NCBI GenBank assembly: GCA_002269645.1
Contig: NIVC01001009.1
Span: 318,424 to 382,423 of the forward strand
Direction: 5' to 3'
Length of the DNA stretch: 64,000 nucleotides
From: Macrostomum lignano
Taxonomy: Eukaryota
Each line of letters begins with the position of its first letter. Within the stretch, counting starts at the first letter, position 1. A program made the translations under genes and the position numbers. A model generated the notes under the pieces. The model saw only the letters and a program-made list of their open reading frames with translations, was not told the DNA's origin and ran no database searches. Below, one piece after another: positions 25,393-54,478 of this stretch.

Positions 25393-27445
25393 ACAAACAA
25401 CAACAACAAAATACGCGGCCCTGCGAGCAAAGGTCACAGTTAAGGCAGGGCGCGTCAGATGGCGCGTCGCAGAGCTTGGGAGCGAACGAAGTCGGCCGCT
25501 CCGTTGGCAGTGTCGGATGCCCCAGCGTCGCACAGCAGGCAGTCCACGTATCGACGGGTTCGGGCCTGACCCCGCCTGAACGGACCCTGCAAGGTGAGCA
25601 GCAGGACGTCCTGAACAGGTTGGGGGCAGTAGCCCTCGGCCCGGATCACGTGGCCCTCCATTTGAAATCGCCGCCGGCGCAGGATGGTGGACTGACGCTG
25701 CAGCTTGGCCCGATCGTACAGGGCCTCGGTCCCGACGCTCTCGTCAGCTCGAAAGGCCGCACGGAGCAGTCCTGAGTGTGCCGAGTCCAGCTGCCGCTCT
25801 AGGGTAGCCGTCAGCGTCCATGTCTCGGCTTTGTATAGCAGGACGGTTTCGACCACCGCCTGCCACAGCCGAGCCCTCTGGCGGTCGGGCAGCGCTTCGG
25901 ACTGGAGGACGGCTCGGATCCAACGAAAGGCCGCCCAGGCGAGTCCTCTGCACCGCCGGAGGTCCTCTTCCACGTGGGGCACCAGACCGCCGAGGTAGGT
26001 GAACCGCTGGCAGCGTGCGAGCGTGGTCGTCTGCCCGTCTGCGCCGCGGCACGTCAAGTCCGCTGAAATGTCAGCCGGCACAGTCAGCACCTAGGTCTTC
26101 AGCGTGTTGACGATCAGACCAACGCTCGATGCCAACTCGAGCAGCCTGTCGATCTGGCGCTGGGCGCCTTCAACGGACGAGGACAGGAGGGCGAAGTCGT
26201 CGGCTTAGCCAAGCACTCTTTGGTGCTTTTCGCCGTGTCGGCGACCGATGCGTCTGCGCAGCAGGAAGCCGTCATTAGCCGAGGGGAGTGCGGTCCAAAG
26301 CAACCCAGTCCAGCAGCAGCACGAAGAGGAACGGCGCTAGCGTGTCACCCTGCAGAACTCCTGATGAAGTATTGAACAGGTCAGACCGGCCGTCCGCCGT
26401 CACCACAGCAGCTCGAGTATCGCGATACAGCAACATGATAGCGTCGATTAGCTGCTGCGGGACCCGGTAGGCTCGAAGGACGAAGGGGAGCGCGGCTCTC
26501 AGCACCGAATCAAACGCTTTTCGAAAGTCAACGAAGACAATGATCAGCGTAGACTGGTGGATGGCCGCCTCCTCGATGACACGGCGGAGTGCGAGGATCT
26601 GTGTCACTGTGGCCGGAATCCGTTCTGCTCGTACCGCAGGTACGGGTCCAGCACCGAATGCAGACGATCGAGCAGCAGCCGATTGAAGAGCTTCGCGGTG
26701 CAGGACATTAGCGAAATCCCGCGGTGGTCTTCTTTCCGCGTTGTCCCTGCCTTTTTCGGGATCGGCACGATGTGCGCGACGGTCCACTTGGTGGGCGCAG
26801 GAGCGCCAGCGAGCACGCGGTTCATGACGCCTGTGACCTGGGAGGCCACGCAGCGGAGCCGCAGCGCTTCGACCGGGACTTCGTCGGGGCCGAGCGCCTT
26901 GCCGCCTGATGTTCTCCGAGCGAACATCACAACGTCCTCCGTGGTGACTGGGCTGGTGCAGAAGTCCTCCTCAGCTGGGAGCGGCGTGTCCAGTGGGAGT
27001 GCAAAGCTGGCGGGCAGCGGCGACGCGGGCGCGTTCACGATGCCGGCGAAGAAGTCGCGCAATTCATTTCTGCGCTCCTCCGGGTTCAGGTCTCCGAGCA
27101 CTGCCAGCGTGTCGCGGTTTGGCACTTCTTCCAGCTGCTCAGCCAGGAAGTCGAAGAAGGCACGAGCCTCCTCGGGGTGAGCAGCAGTGGGTGCATACGC
27201 GCAGAACAGCCGGATGCAGCGGGCGCACAGTCGCAGGTCAACCCGCATCAGTTGCGGGGACAGCGAGATGCAATGCACGCTCTGCTGGAGGCGCGGTCGA
27301 CGCTGCGCTCTGCGCTGACCTCTGCGAGTCCCTGCTGTGCTGAGCTTTGCTGCCGCAGCCGAAGCGCGGCCGTCCGAGCCAACCGAGGTCATCCGCGGGC
27401 TGGTGATCTGGCCGCGATGCCAGGAGGTGTCAGCTCTATTTGCAC
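25393..27445 (-). mobile_element. RTE-type non-LTR retrotransposon, internally deleted and frameshifted
   Basis: APE motifs CAYAPT and LGDLN; RT motifs GPDEVP, IVPIPKK, RGISLMS, QNGFR, FVDFRKAFDSV, GVLQGDTLAPFLF, LG*ADD and FTYLG; (TTG)n 3' tail at ~25393-25412. Confidence 0.92.
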
Positions 27446-27982
27446 GGGTGTGCAAATATAATAGCTCTGCAAATATAATGGCTCTGCAAATATAATGGCT
27501 CTGCAATTACATGTATGTACTCCTGCATACAGGATATTCAATTTACATTTAATACAACATGCAGTGACATCCAGAAGCTAAAACTCGTCATATATTAAAT
27601 GCATCAAGTGCTCGCAGAGCTACTAACAAAGCTTCAAATAAAAATTGATGTTTCACTACAGCTTCCTGTCTCAGTCTCTAAAAGCTTTCATTGCTTTTTG
27701 TATTAGATGCATTCAGCTAAGAAAGCACGGGAAACCGTCCATTTTAGGCAACTATAGACCATTATATACGATCATATTCCTCAATTCCAGGGGAAAGTGA
27801 TATTCATACAGAAACGCATCTGATGGCGTTACGAGCGTAAAAGCTTTCTAATAGCCGTATACATTGTTTGCCATTGTGTCTCCATTTCATTTTTTATGAC
27901 AAAAAGCATAGCGTTGCTACACACCCATGGCTTTATTTGATTTCAATGTCTAAGCTTCAACTGAAGTCAGCTAGACCCCAAC

Positions 27983-29061
27983 ATGCAGCACATCGATTTG
28001 GATCTAAAATGGACATTGTCCTGCTGCCTGTTTCTACTATCAAAGCTACATCTGGTGCTTTCATCAGTTGCGAATAATTTTGACTACGTCGGTTGCTACA
28101 ATGACACGATAATTCGAGATCTTGATGGACTTTTCGGCATCAAAATGCTCGGGAAGTACAGCGTGGCTCAAACAGATGACGGGGGTTTTGTCGCATCAGA
28201 CAGCATGCGACCCGAACTGTGCAGCTCCATCTGCTCAATCGGAGGCTTTCCGTATTTTGGAGTACAGAACTCGAATGCTTGCTTGTGCGGCCGCAGATAC
28301 GGACTGTACGGCACTCTTGACGAGTCCAAATGCTCGAAAGCCTGCTTGGGAGACGGTTCTCAACGTTGCGGAGCGGCATGGATTAATTCGGTCTATGCTC
28401 ATAGGAAACCCGGTGAGATACTTCTGCTGTAATCTGGGCTAACAAGTCCTCACTGAGTTGCTCTGACGTTCACCTTTTCAGAAGTATTCAAGTCAGCTAA
28501 ATCAAAGATGTCGAAATGTAGGAAAACTACTCGTAGTTTGAGAAAATTCTAGGCCTAGGGAGATGGCTATAGCCCAAACTAAAGTTATGTTTAGATAAAT
28601 TTAAGTATGGGTAAATTCGAGGCAGCCACAATGAGCAAGTGACAATTTGAGCTGAAAACAGCCCTCGAATGTGTTGTGCAATTGCAGCGGCTTGGTCTCA
28701 ACTTGCAGTATCCAGAAAGTAGGATTTCGAATCCAATACATGAATCTCGCCGGTTTGCGAAGCAGCCCACACGTCATGTACAAAAAGCATCCTTTGGGAT
28801 TTCTCCGGCATTTCAGTCGGATGCGATCGATTCTATCAAGCTGAGAGAGACTACCTGACTACCTCATCAAACTACTTAAAGCCGCTTTATTGGACTGCCG
28901 GTGCCGGCGCCACGCTTGACTGCTCACTCAGCTGCAACTCAAGCTGCCAGGCCTTCATCTACTCCCAAGCCGAGAGCCTCTGTTTCCTGCTGAGCTTTGC
29001 TTTGGTGCCCAGAAATCTCACTTATGTCGTTGGATTGTTCTTTGTCAGAGCCTGGAACTAA
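27983..29061 (+). CDS. Secreted WSC-domain + PAN/Apple-like protein, paralog 2
   Basis: Exons 27983-28412 and 28817-29061 (phase 1). Exon 2 translates VGCDRFYQAERDYLTTSSNYLKPLYWTAGAGATLDCSLSCNSSCQAFIYSQAESLCFLLSFALVPRNLTYVVGLFFVRAWN. AATAAA lies at the stop. Confidence 0.85.
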
Positions 29062-29133
29062 ATAAATTTTGGCTTCACTCTCCCATATTATTAGATTTAT
29101 AGGCTGCGAATTCACAGAAAAAACATTATGAAT

Positions 29134-29772
29134 ATCAGCTACAGAGGGATGTCAGCTACAGAGGAATTTCAGCTACAGAGGGATGTCAGCTACAGAGGAA
29201 TTTCAGCTACAGAGGGATGTCAGCTACAGAGAGTTGTCAGCTACCGAGGGGTGTCAGCTACCGAGGGGTGTCAGCTACCGAGGGTTGTCAGCTACAAAAT
29301 GAACGTCAGTTACAGAGGGAATGTCAGCTACAGAGGGAATGTCAGCTTCAGAAGGAAAGTCAGCTACAGAGGGAATGTCAGCTACAGAGGGAATGTCAGC
29401 TTCAGAAGGAAAGTCAGCTACAGAGGGAATGTCAGCTACAGAGGGAATGTCAGCTTCAGAAGGAATGTCAGCTTCAGAAGGAAAGTCAGCTACAGAGGGA
29501 ATGTCAGCTACAGAGGGAATGTCAGCTTCAGAAGGAAAGTCAGCTACAGAGGGGTGTCAGCTACAGAGGGGTGTCAGCTACAGAGGGGTGTCAGCTACAG
29601 AGGGGTGTCAGCTACAGAGGGGTGTCAGCTACAGAGGGGTGTCAGCTACAGAGGGGTGTCAGCTACAGAGGGGTGTCAGCTACAGAGGGGTGTCAGCTAC
29701 AGAGGGGTGTCAGCTACAGAGGGGTGTCAGCAACAGAGGGGTGTCAGCTACAGAGGGGTGTCAGCTACCGAG
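29134..29772. repeat. 17/18-bp minisatellite (CAGCTACAGAGGGGTGT / CAGCTACAGAGGGAATGT)
   Basis: Directly visible. Confidence 0.95.
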
Positions 29773-31039
29773 AGACCGAGAGGGTAGCAGGCAAGCCACA
29801 TAGGAAGATAGATACTCTATAGAAGATAGATAGAGGCAATGCTCGTGCTCAGTTGGGCTCGGTTTTATGGCTATCCATTGTGCAAGTTGACTTAACTATT
29901 TACCAGTTTTTTCTCTTGCTAAGTACCCGGATTGAATTCGTTTAAATTTTCACAGTTCTGTCGCGAAACGAAATAGCATGCTTATGAGGTGTTTTATTTG
30001 TATAATTAGCTATCTTTAATTCATTGACAAAAGCATATGCAGTGTTTCCATCCGGAGGTAAGACATGTTTACAAAACATTGGTATATTAACTTGACGCTA
30101 AAATATATATAGTAGACTTTTTCGGTTTCAATAACTCTTAAAATCTGAACCAAGTGACAAACAATTTTTGCCGTGGAATTTCAGTTGGGGAAATTCAAGA
30201 CAATATAATACGACAATCTATCTTCACAACTGCTTTTTCTGAGTATTTTTTAAAGTGTAAGAAAAGTAAAGCTTTGCAAATCATAGAATACAATTGTGTA
30301 GTCCGTTGGCTAAAATTAGAACAGAAGTATTTTCCTGAAGTTAATAAATATTAAGTGATTATATAGACAGATTTGTTCTACAGTTTGTACTACTCTAACA
30401 AAGACGGCTACATAGAAAAAGCTGCCTGATGCAGTTAATGGTAGAAAAGAACACGTAAAACTGCCACTATTCAAAGCGAATTTATGAAAATTGTTTTTTG
30501 ATTTTTTATCGAAGTATCCAAGTTAGAAAACATTCGATATTCAACTCTAAAATAATAAGTTGAGAAAACCTACACCCTTAAGTGTAAAATTCGTCTTTCA
30601 TTAAGTCTTCAGTGATAGAGATTAGGGTTTGTTTTGAACGTTTTATAAAAATCAATCAGTTGACTGTCTGAGCTGCAGCCTTTGAACCAGCTGCGACCGG
30701 CGCGGCGGATACGGCCGTTCCGTTGTCGAGTACCGGCCCGGACAGTGCCACCAGGCAGCTTTGTGCCCGCTAGCTGACGCCGTGGACACGGATGAGGAAG
30801 CTGGTAGCGAAGTGAGTACCAGGTGCAACCGCTTGGCTGCTCCTTCCACGCGCAGCACATGCTTCAAATCGGCTACGGGCGTCGCAACTCGACAGCCGGG
30901 CAGTTGACTGTGGTCGGTTCCGCGGCGACCCAGGCCGGGAACTGGATCGCCAGCTGAAGTGTGATGGGGCGCGAGAGGCTGGCAAGTTGGGCTGGCATGT
31001 GGTGGGACGATTTATAATAGCTACAAATCTCAGTGACTG

Positions 31040-32670
31040 CGGTTCTGCTGTGAATCTGTGCCCAATTGTGATACCGCTGTGAATCTGTGCCCATTGTGTT
31101 ACCGCAGTGAATCTATGCCCATTGTGGTACCGCTGGGAATCTATGCCCAATTGTGATACCGCTGTGAATCTGTGCCCAATTGTGGTACTGCTGGGAATAT
31201 GTGCCCATTGTTGTACCGCCGGGAATCTGTGCTCAATTGTGATACCGCTGTGAATCTGTGCCCATTTGTGATACTGCTGTGAATCTATGCCCATTGTGGT
31301 ACCGCTGTGAATCTGTGCCCAATTGTGATACCGCTGTGAATCTATGCCCATTGTGGTACCGCTGGGAATCTATGCCCAATTGTGATACTGCTGTGAATCT
31401 ATGCCCATTGTGGTACCGCTGTGAATCTGTGCCCAATTGTGATACCGCTGAGAATCTGTGCCCAATTGTGATACCGCTGTGAATCTGTGCTCAATTGTGA
31501 TACCGCTGTGAATCTGTGCCCATTTGTGATACCGCTGTGAATCTGTGCTCAATTGTGATACCGCTGTGAATCTGTGCCCAATTGTGATACCGCTGAGAAT
31601 CTGTGCTCAATTGTGATACCGCTGTGAATCTGTGCCCAATTGTGATACCGCTGAGAATCTGTGCTCAATTGTGATACCGCTGTGAATCTGTGCCCATTTG
31701 TGATACCGCTGTGAATCTGTGCTCAATTGTGATACCGCTGTGAATCTGTGCTCAATTGTGATACCGCTGTGAATCTGTGCCCATTTGTGATACCGCTGTG
31801 AATCTGTGCTCAATTGTGATACCGCTGTGAATCTGTGCCCAATTGTGATACTGCTGCGAATCTGTGCTCAATTGTGATACCGCTGTGAATCTGTGCCCAA
31901 TTGTGATACCGCTGAGAATCTGTGCTCAATTGTGATACCGCTGTGAATCTGTGCCCAATTGTGATACCGCCGGGAATCTGTGCTCAATTGTGATACCGCT
32001 GTGAATCTGTGCCCATTTGTGATACCGCTGTGAATCTGTGCTCAATTGTGATACCGCTGTGAATCTGTGCTCAATTGTGATACCGCTGCGAATCTGTGCT
32101 CAATTGTGATACTGCTGTGAATCTGTGCCCATTTTTGTACCGCAGTGGATCTGTGCCCATTGTGGTACCGCTGGGAATCTGTGCACAATTGTGATACCGC
32201 TGTGAATCTGTGCCCATTGTTGTACCGCCGGGAATCTGTGCTCAATTGTGATACCGCTGTGAATCTGTGCACAATTGTGATACTGCTGGGAATCTGTGCT
32301 CAATTGTGATACCGCTGTGAATCTGTGCACAATTGTGATACCGCTGTGAATCTGTGCACAATTGTGATACCGCTGTGAATCTGTGCACAATTGTGATACC
32401 GCTGTGAATCTATGCCCATTTTTGTACCGCAGTGAATCTGTGCCCAATTGTGGTACTGCTGGGAATCTGTGCCTAATTGTGGTACTGCTGGGAATCTGTG
32501 CCCAATTGTGGTACTGCTGGGAATCTGTGCCTAATTGTGGTACTGCTGGGAATCTGTGCCTAATTGTGGTACTGCTGGGAATCTGTGCCTAATTGTGGTA
32601 CTGCTGGGAATCTGTGCCCAATTGTGGTACTGCTGGGAATCTGTGCCTAATTGTGGTACTGCTGGGAATC
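31040..32670. repeat. 28-29-bp satellite (CCGCTGTGAATCTGTGCTCAATTGTGATA)n, ~55 units
   Basis: Directly visible. Confidence 0.95.
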
Positions 32671-32818
32671 TGTATCAAACCATTGTGATAAGATTGCGAT
32701 TCTTAATGCGGTACCGCTAGGATTCTGTGTAATTGTAGTACCGATTGAGTGACTGTGTTTTAATCTGAATGGTTTACAGCTAGTTATTGACATGGAAACC
32801 AATTAATATTTTGCTTTT

Positions 32819-50102
<17,284 letters not shown>

Positions 50103-50989
50103 TTACATAAAATTGAAAAGGCGATATTTCTGCTGGGAGTATTTTTAAACATAAAAAATAATAGTATAAAGCTAAACGTCATAATTGATTTGAGAATAAC
50201 GATGTAGACTAATAATTAATCTAATTTTTCTGTTGTATGCTCTAGATCTGCATATGGCTATATCTAAGGCTGGAATAAATAATTGCTCAAATTAAAGAAT
50301 CCTGAATCCATATACTAAGAATGGTCTGTCGGCAGGTATGCGATCGAACACAGAAAAAAGTTCATAAATATGAGCCGTATACTAGCTACATCATGATAAA
50401 ATTTTGTCTGCTTCTTTCAGTAATTTTTGTCACTGGTAGTGGCAATCGAAAAAAATCTGGATGCATCGAAATCGTTAAAAACTAAAATTTTCTATCCAAA
50501 ACTGCTTCTGTGACTTTATTAAAAGTCAAAACTCAATTCCAGAACATAAAGTGACTATTTTTCAAAATTTATCGAGGCTTTTTATTGTAGACTCTTCAAG
50601 TTTTTTACTTGAACCTTAGTAATCTAATCTAATCTAATCTAATTGACTTTGGTTTACCTACGAATAGAAATCGTAGATAAATAAAAAGGATTTGAGAGTC
50701 ACAATAGGCAAAGCCAGTTCTTTTTAAAAAAAATTGGGTTGTCTTGCCCTTGGATATTTTTGGATATTAAAACAGTGTGGCAACGAAAAATAGTATTCTT
50801 TAACCGATATTGAATAATTGAAAGCTTACACCAGTTACAACTTTTAACAAAGTTTGCTGCCGGTTTTACTTTGACTTGTAATAAATGCATATTGTATTTA
50901 CAAGTAATAAAAAATAGTCTAAGTTAAAATTTGGGTTTATGTTCAGAAGGGCTACTGTTTAGGGATAATAAAAAAAATATATAATTCGA

Positions 50990-51135
50990 GCGACAAGCAA
51001 TCTTACCACTCGATTCACGGCAATCTATTGTAAACAAACCACTTCTGCCGAGGACACGCCACGCGGCCGCACGGGGGGTGTCAGGCTTAAATACAATGTT
51101 CATTGTCGTTAAAGATTGGCACGTGACAATGTGGT
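50990..51135. promoter_or_regulatory. Candidate CpG-rich divergent promoter between the STAND gene (-) and RUN gene (+)
   Basis: Local CpG-rich patch with CACGTG at ~51120 and a minus-strand GTAAG donor at ~51005, next to a CpG-depleted block. Inference only. Confidence 0.3.
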
Positions 51136-53967
51136 TTTAGCTCTGTATTTACTTTCTAATGCTACAACCCAAGCAAAACTATGTAATTTAATTAAATTAC
51201 CAGAAACCATTTAACCAAGTCAATAAAAATCGACTAGGCCCTATTTACTATTCAATTCGATCACTATAAAATTATACTATCAGTTACATCATTATCCCAT
51301 CTGACTTATGAGAAATCGCAAAAGTTATGTATTATGTGTTTAAGGCAATTTAAGACCTATTATTTCTACAAGCCTCATTGGGTAATATTATTAGGGGGGT
51401 TCTTATTATTAGGGCCTAGCATTATTATTAATGAATTCGTTGGAATCATTTGGGCAGGTATTATTGATCCAGAAAATTTTGAACGAGGGGCGCAGATTAC
51501 TAAGGTTCATGTAATATGTATATCATGTACATGTAACTCTGTATGTAAATTGCCTAGGGATAAAATTTATCATGTATAGGCCTAGAAAAAATAAAAAATT
51601 AAACTCAATTGACAATGGGGGAGTTGCAAACACTGTGCACCTCCCCCCTATGTCTTAATCCACTACTGAATTTGGGTCAGTTTTCAATAGCTTAGTTTAT
51701 TTACTTGTATATAGTAATATAGATAAGATTAGAGTCTTGGACTTAATTATAATTAGGCCTAATTAAAACCAAAGATAGGAACTATTTGTAATTGCAACAA
51801 TTTTAGCTAAAAATTCTATATAACTTACTTTTCCTTTGAAAATTAATTGATTGTTTGAAGCATTAATTTGTTGAAATTGAAATGTCTCATAATAGGTAAC
51901 TATTGCCATTATAAGTTTTTTAACCTAGTGTTTTTAGCCTAGTTATTGTTTTTGTTTTATTTGCAAAAAATTGAGTTTATAAATCTTAGTAGCATTAACA
52001 TATTTTTTGTTTATTACTTTACAATGGTAGTATAGGCAAGGGGGTAAAAGAGGCTGCTGCCCCTAGATGACTATTTTCCTATCCTCTTAAGAAGTGACCA
52101 CTCTCTCTATTACTAGCTTTCTATGGGATGACCTATCATAATTTTTAGTACAAGCTCATTATATGTGTTTTTAAAGATTTTAGTATACTTTTCTATTCCA
52201 ATTCTAAAAAAATTGCTAGGAGAGAGGGGGACCATCCAACCTACCAACCATTGCCCCCCCCCCCTAATTTGAAGTGCTATGCCTATACTACTACCACTTA
52301 CCTTAGGTCTAATTTAGCTTTTTTAGCTTTTAGGTTTTTTAATATCGTAAATTTGTAAGTTGTGCTTGTAAGGCCTATTTGTTATCTTAATTAATTGCAA
52401 TTTGCTATAGTACTTCTCAATTTAACTAATAGTGTTGAACTTGTAATATTAAAATTTTTGTTAATCATAACCAAAAAGCAAAGTCTTATTGCATTAAATG
52501 ACTAAGAACTAAATGTTAAATTTTACTAAAATACTTAGGTCTTTTCATATATTTATTATGAAGCAAAATATAGATATATGTTTAACAAGTTTAGTTTTCT
52601 CTTTCCTTGCTATATAGACCTTAGTATTAGTATTCTAAATAGGGTTTAATTTTTTTTAATTCATATGGACTAATTTAATTTATTTATTGGGATATAGATA
52701 GGCATAAGCTTTGGTCTATGACTTTAGATAAAAATATTGGCTCTGCAATAGGGCCTGTAATAAACTTCTAGGCCTTTGCTAAATATTAACATTAATGTAA
52801 AATAAATAAATTAATAAAATAAAAGAATTTATTTATTAACAATCATAGTTTATTAACATTTTATTATGTTTTCAAATAAAAAGTTTTTAAAACAAAAAAG
52901 ATATGTAAAATCTAAGAGTAAGACAAGTTTCAAATTTGCTATTGATTTTGTTGGTTAATACTATTTTAAAATAACTATCTTTAATGTTTCATGATGTATA
53001 TAATATTTTGTTTCTTTCAGGCACCTTATCAAGTAAAAGTTAGTAAAGAAGTATATAACTAGTCTATTTGTGGTATCTATGTCCTAACTGAGTCACATGG
53101 AACATGACTTCTTTCTTCAGGGTAGGGTAAGTGTTTTAAAAGTTATTTTTTTAATTCAAGCATGTTCATTTTGAACTATTATTCAAATTAAATCATTTGT
53201 AAACAAATTTTTTTAAATGTGTATCAATTTGGTATTTTCATTTTTTGAACCCTAAATGCCAAATTTATACCCTGTTCCCTGGTGTTATTTAATGTAAGTT
53301 CAGTATTTTTTTTACTTTTTCATTAAGTTACCTTTTTTAATTTTTCATTTGAGAGAGAGAGACACTTAGCAATGCAGATTATGAAATGTAGAAAGAGATG
53401 TTGTTTCCTTGGATTTACTTGGATTTTTGAGTTATTTGACTGATACCAAACAGCACTATCTAGTGATGTGAAGATAATAGTTAAAATTAAATTGTATATA
53501 ATCCTGATAAGGATTATTGATATAAAATTTTCATTATTGCTATATTGTAGAACATAATCTACAGTAGTATCTGAATGTAAGAAATCCATTGTATTTAATG
53601 TTTATTCAAATAATATTTTGTCTAATTAATTTGTTCATTTTTAATCGGTAGTTGATACCATTACATTCATTTCCTTTACACTATTGGTTATATTGGTAAA
53701 GTTTTCAAAAATGTATTTTAGTTGGTTCATCTTGCTTTTGTGCTAACAGATATGGTTAAACAGATAGTTTTCTCTTGAATACCAGGGTTAGTGATTTTAC
53801 TGTAGACTCTGTAGGTTTTGGGTCTTAAATTTATATGACTTTTACATCTTATATAATGGTTTGGTGTATTTTGCTTCACATTTTTTAAGCCTTCACAAAG
53901 CTATTCTAGCTAATCATTAATCCTAGTGATCTTATTGTATGGTATATACTTATAGTACTATCACTGT

Positions 53968-54388
53968 CCTCCCAGATCCTTAGTCGCTGCGCCACCTAGA
54001 TCCTCAGTTGCTGAGCCAGCCTCCCAGATTCTCAGTTTCTGGGCCAGCCTCCCAGATCCTCAGCTGCTTGCCCAGCCTCCTAGATCCTCAGCTGCTTGCC
54101 CAGCCTCCTAGATCCTCAGCTGCTGGGCCAGCCTCCCAGATCCTCAGCTGCTTGCCCAGCCTCCCAGATCCTCAGCTGCTGGGCCAGCCTCCCAGAGTGT
54201 CAGTTGCTGGGCCAGCCTCCCAGATCCTCAGCTGCTGGGCCAGCCTCCCAGATCCTCAGCTGCTGGGCCAGCCTCCCAGAGTGTCAGTTGCTGGGCCAGC
54301 CTCCCAGAGTGTCAGTTGCTGGGCCAGCCTCCCAGATCCTCAGCTGCTGGGCCAGCCTCCCAGATCCTCAGCTGCTGGGCCAGCCTCC
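53968..54388. repeat. 28-bp minisatellite, same family as 20060-20855
   Basis: CCTCCCAGATCCTCAGCTGCTGGGCCAG units, including the shared AGAGTGTCAG variant. Confidence 0.95.
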
Positions 54389-54478
54389 CATATCCAGGGC
54401 CGGAGCCGGCCTTTCAGATTCTCAATTTAAAAAGGTCGCTAAAGCACAAACTAATTATCTTCCTTCACCCCCCTCAAG

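Noticed and set aside
28611-28800. Minus-strand WD40-like peptide DVWAASQTGEIHVLD inside the WSC paralog 2 intron
   Set aside because: In-frame stop shortly after, and no convincing splice sites or partner exons.
29128-32720. Repetitive ORFs (QLQREC, TDSQRYHN etc.)
   Set aside because: Translations of 17/18-bp and 28/29-bp satellites.
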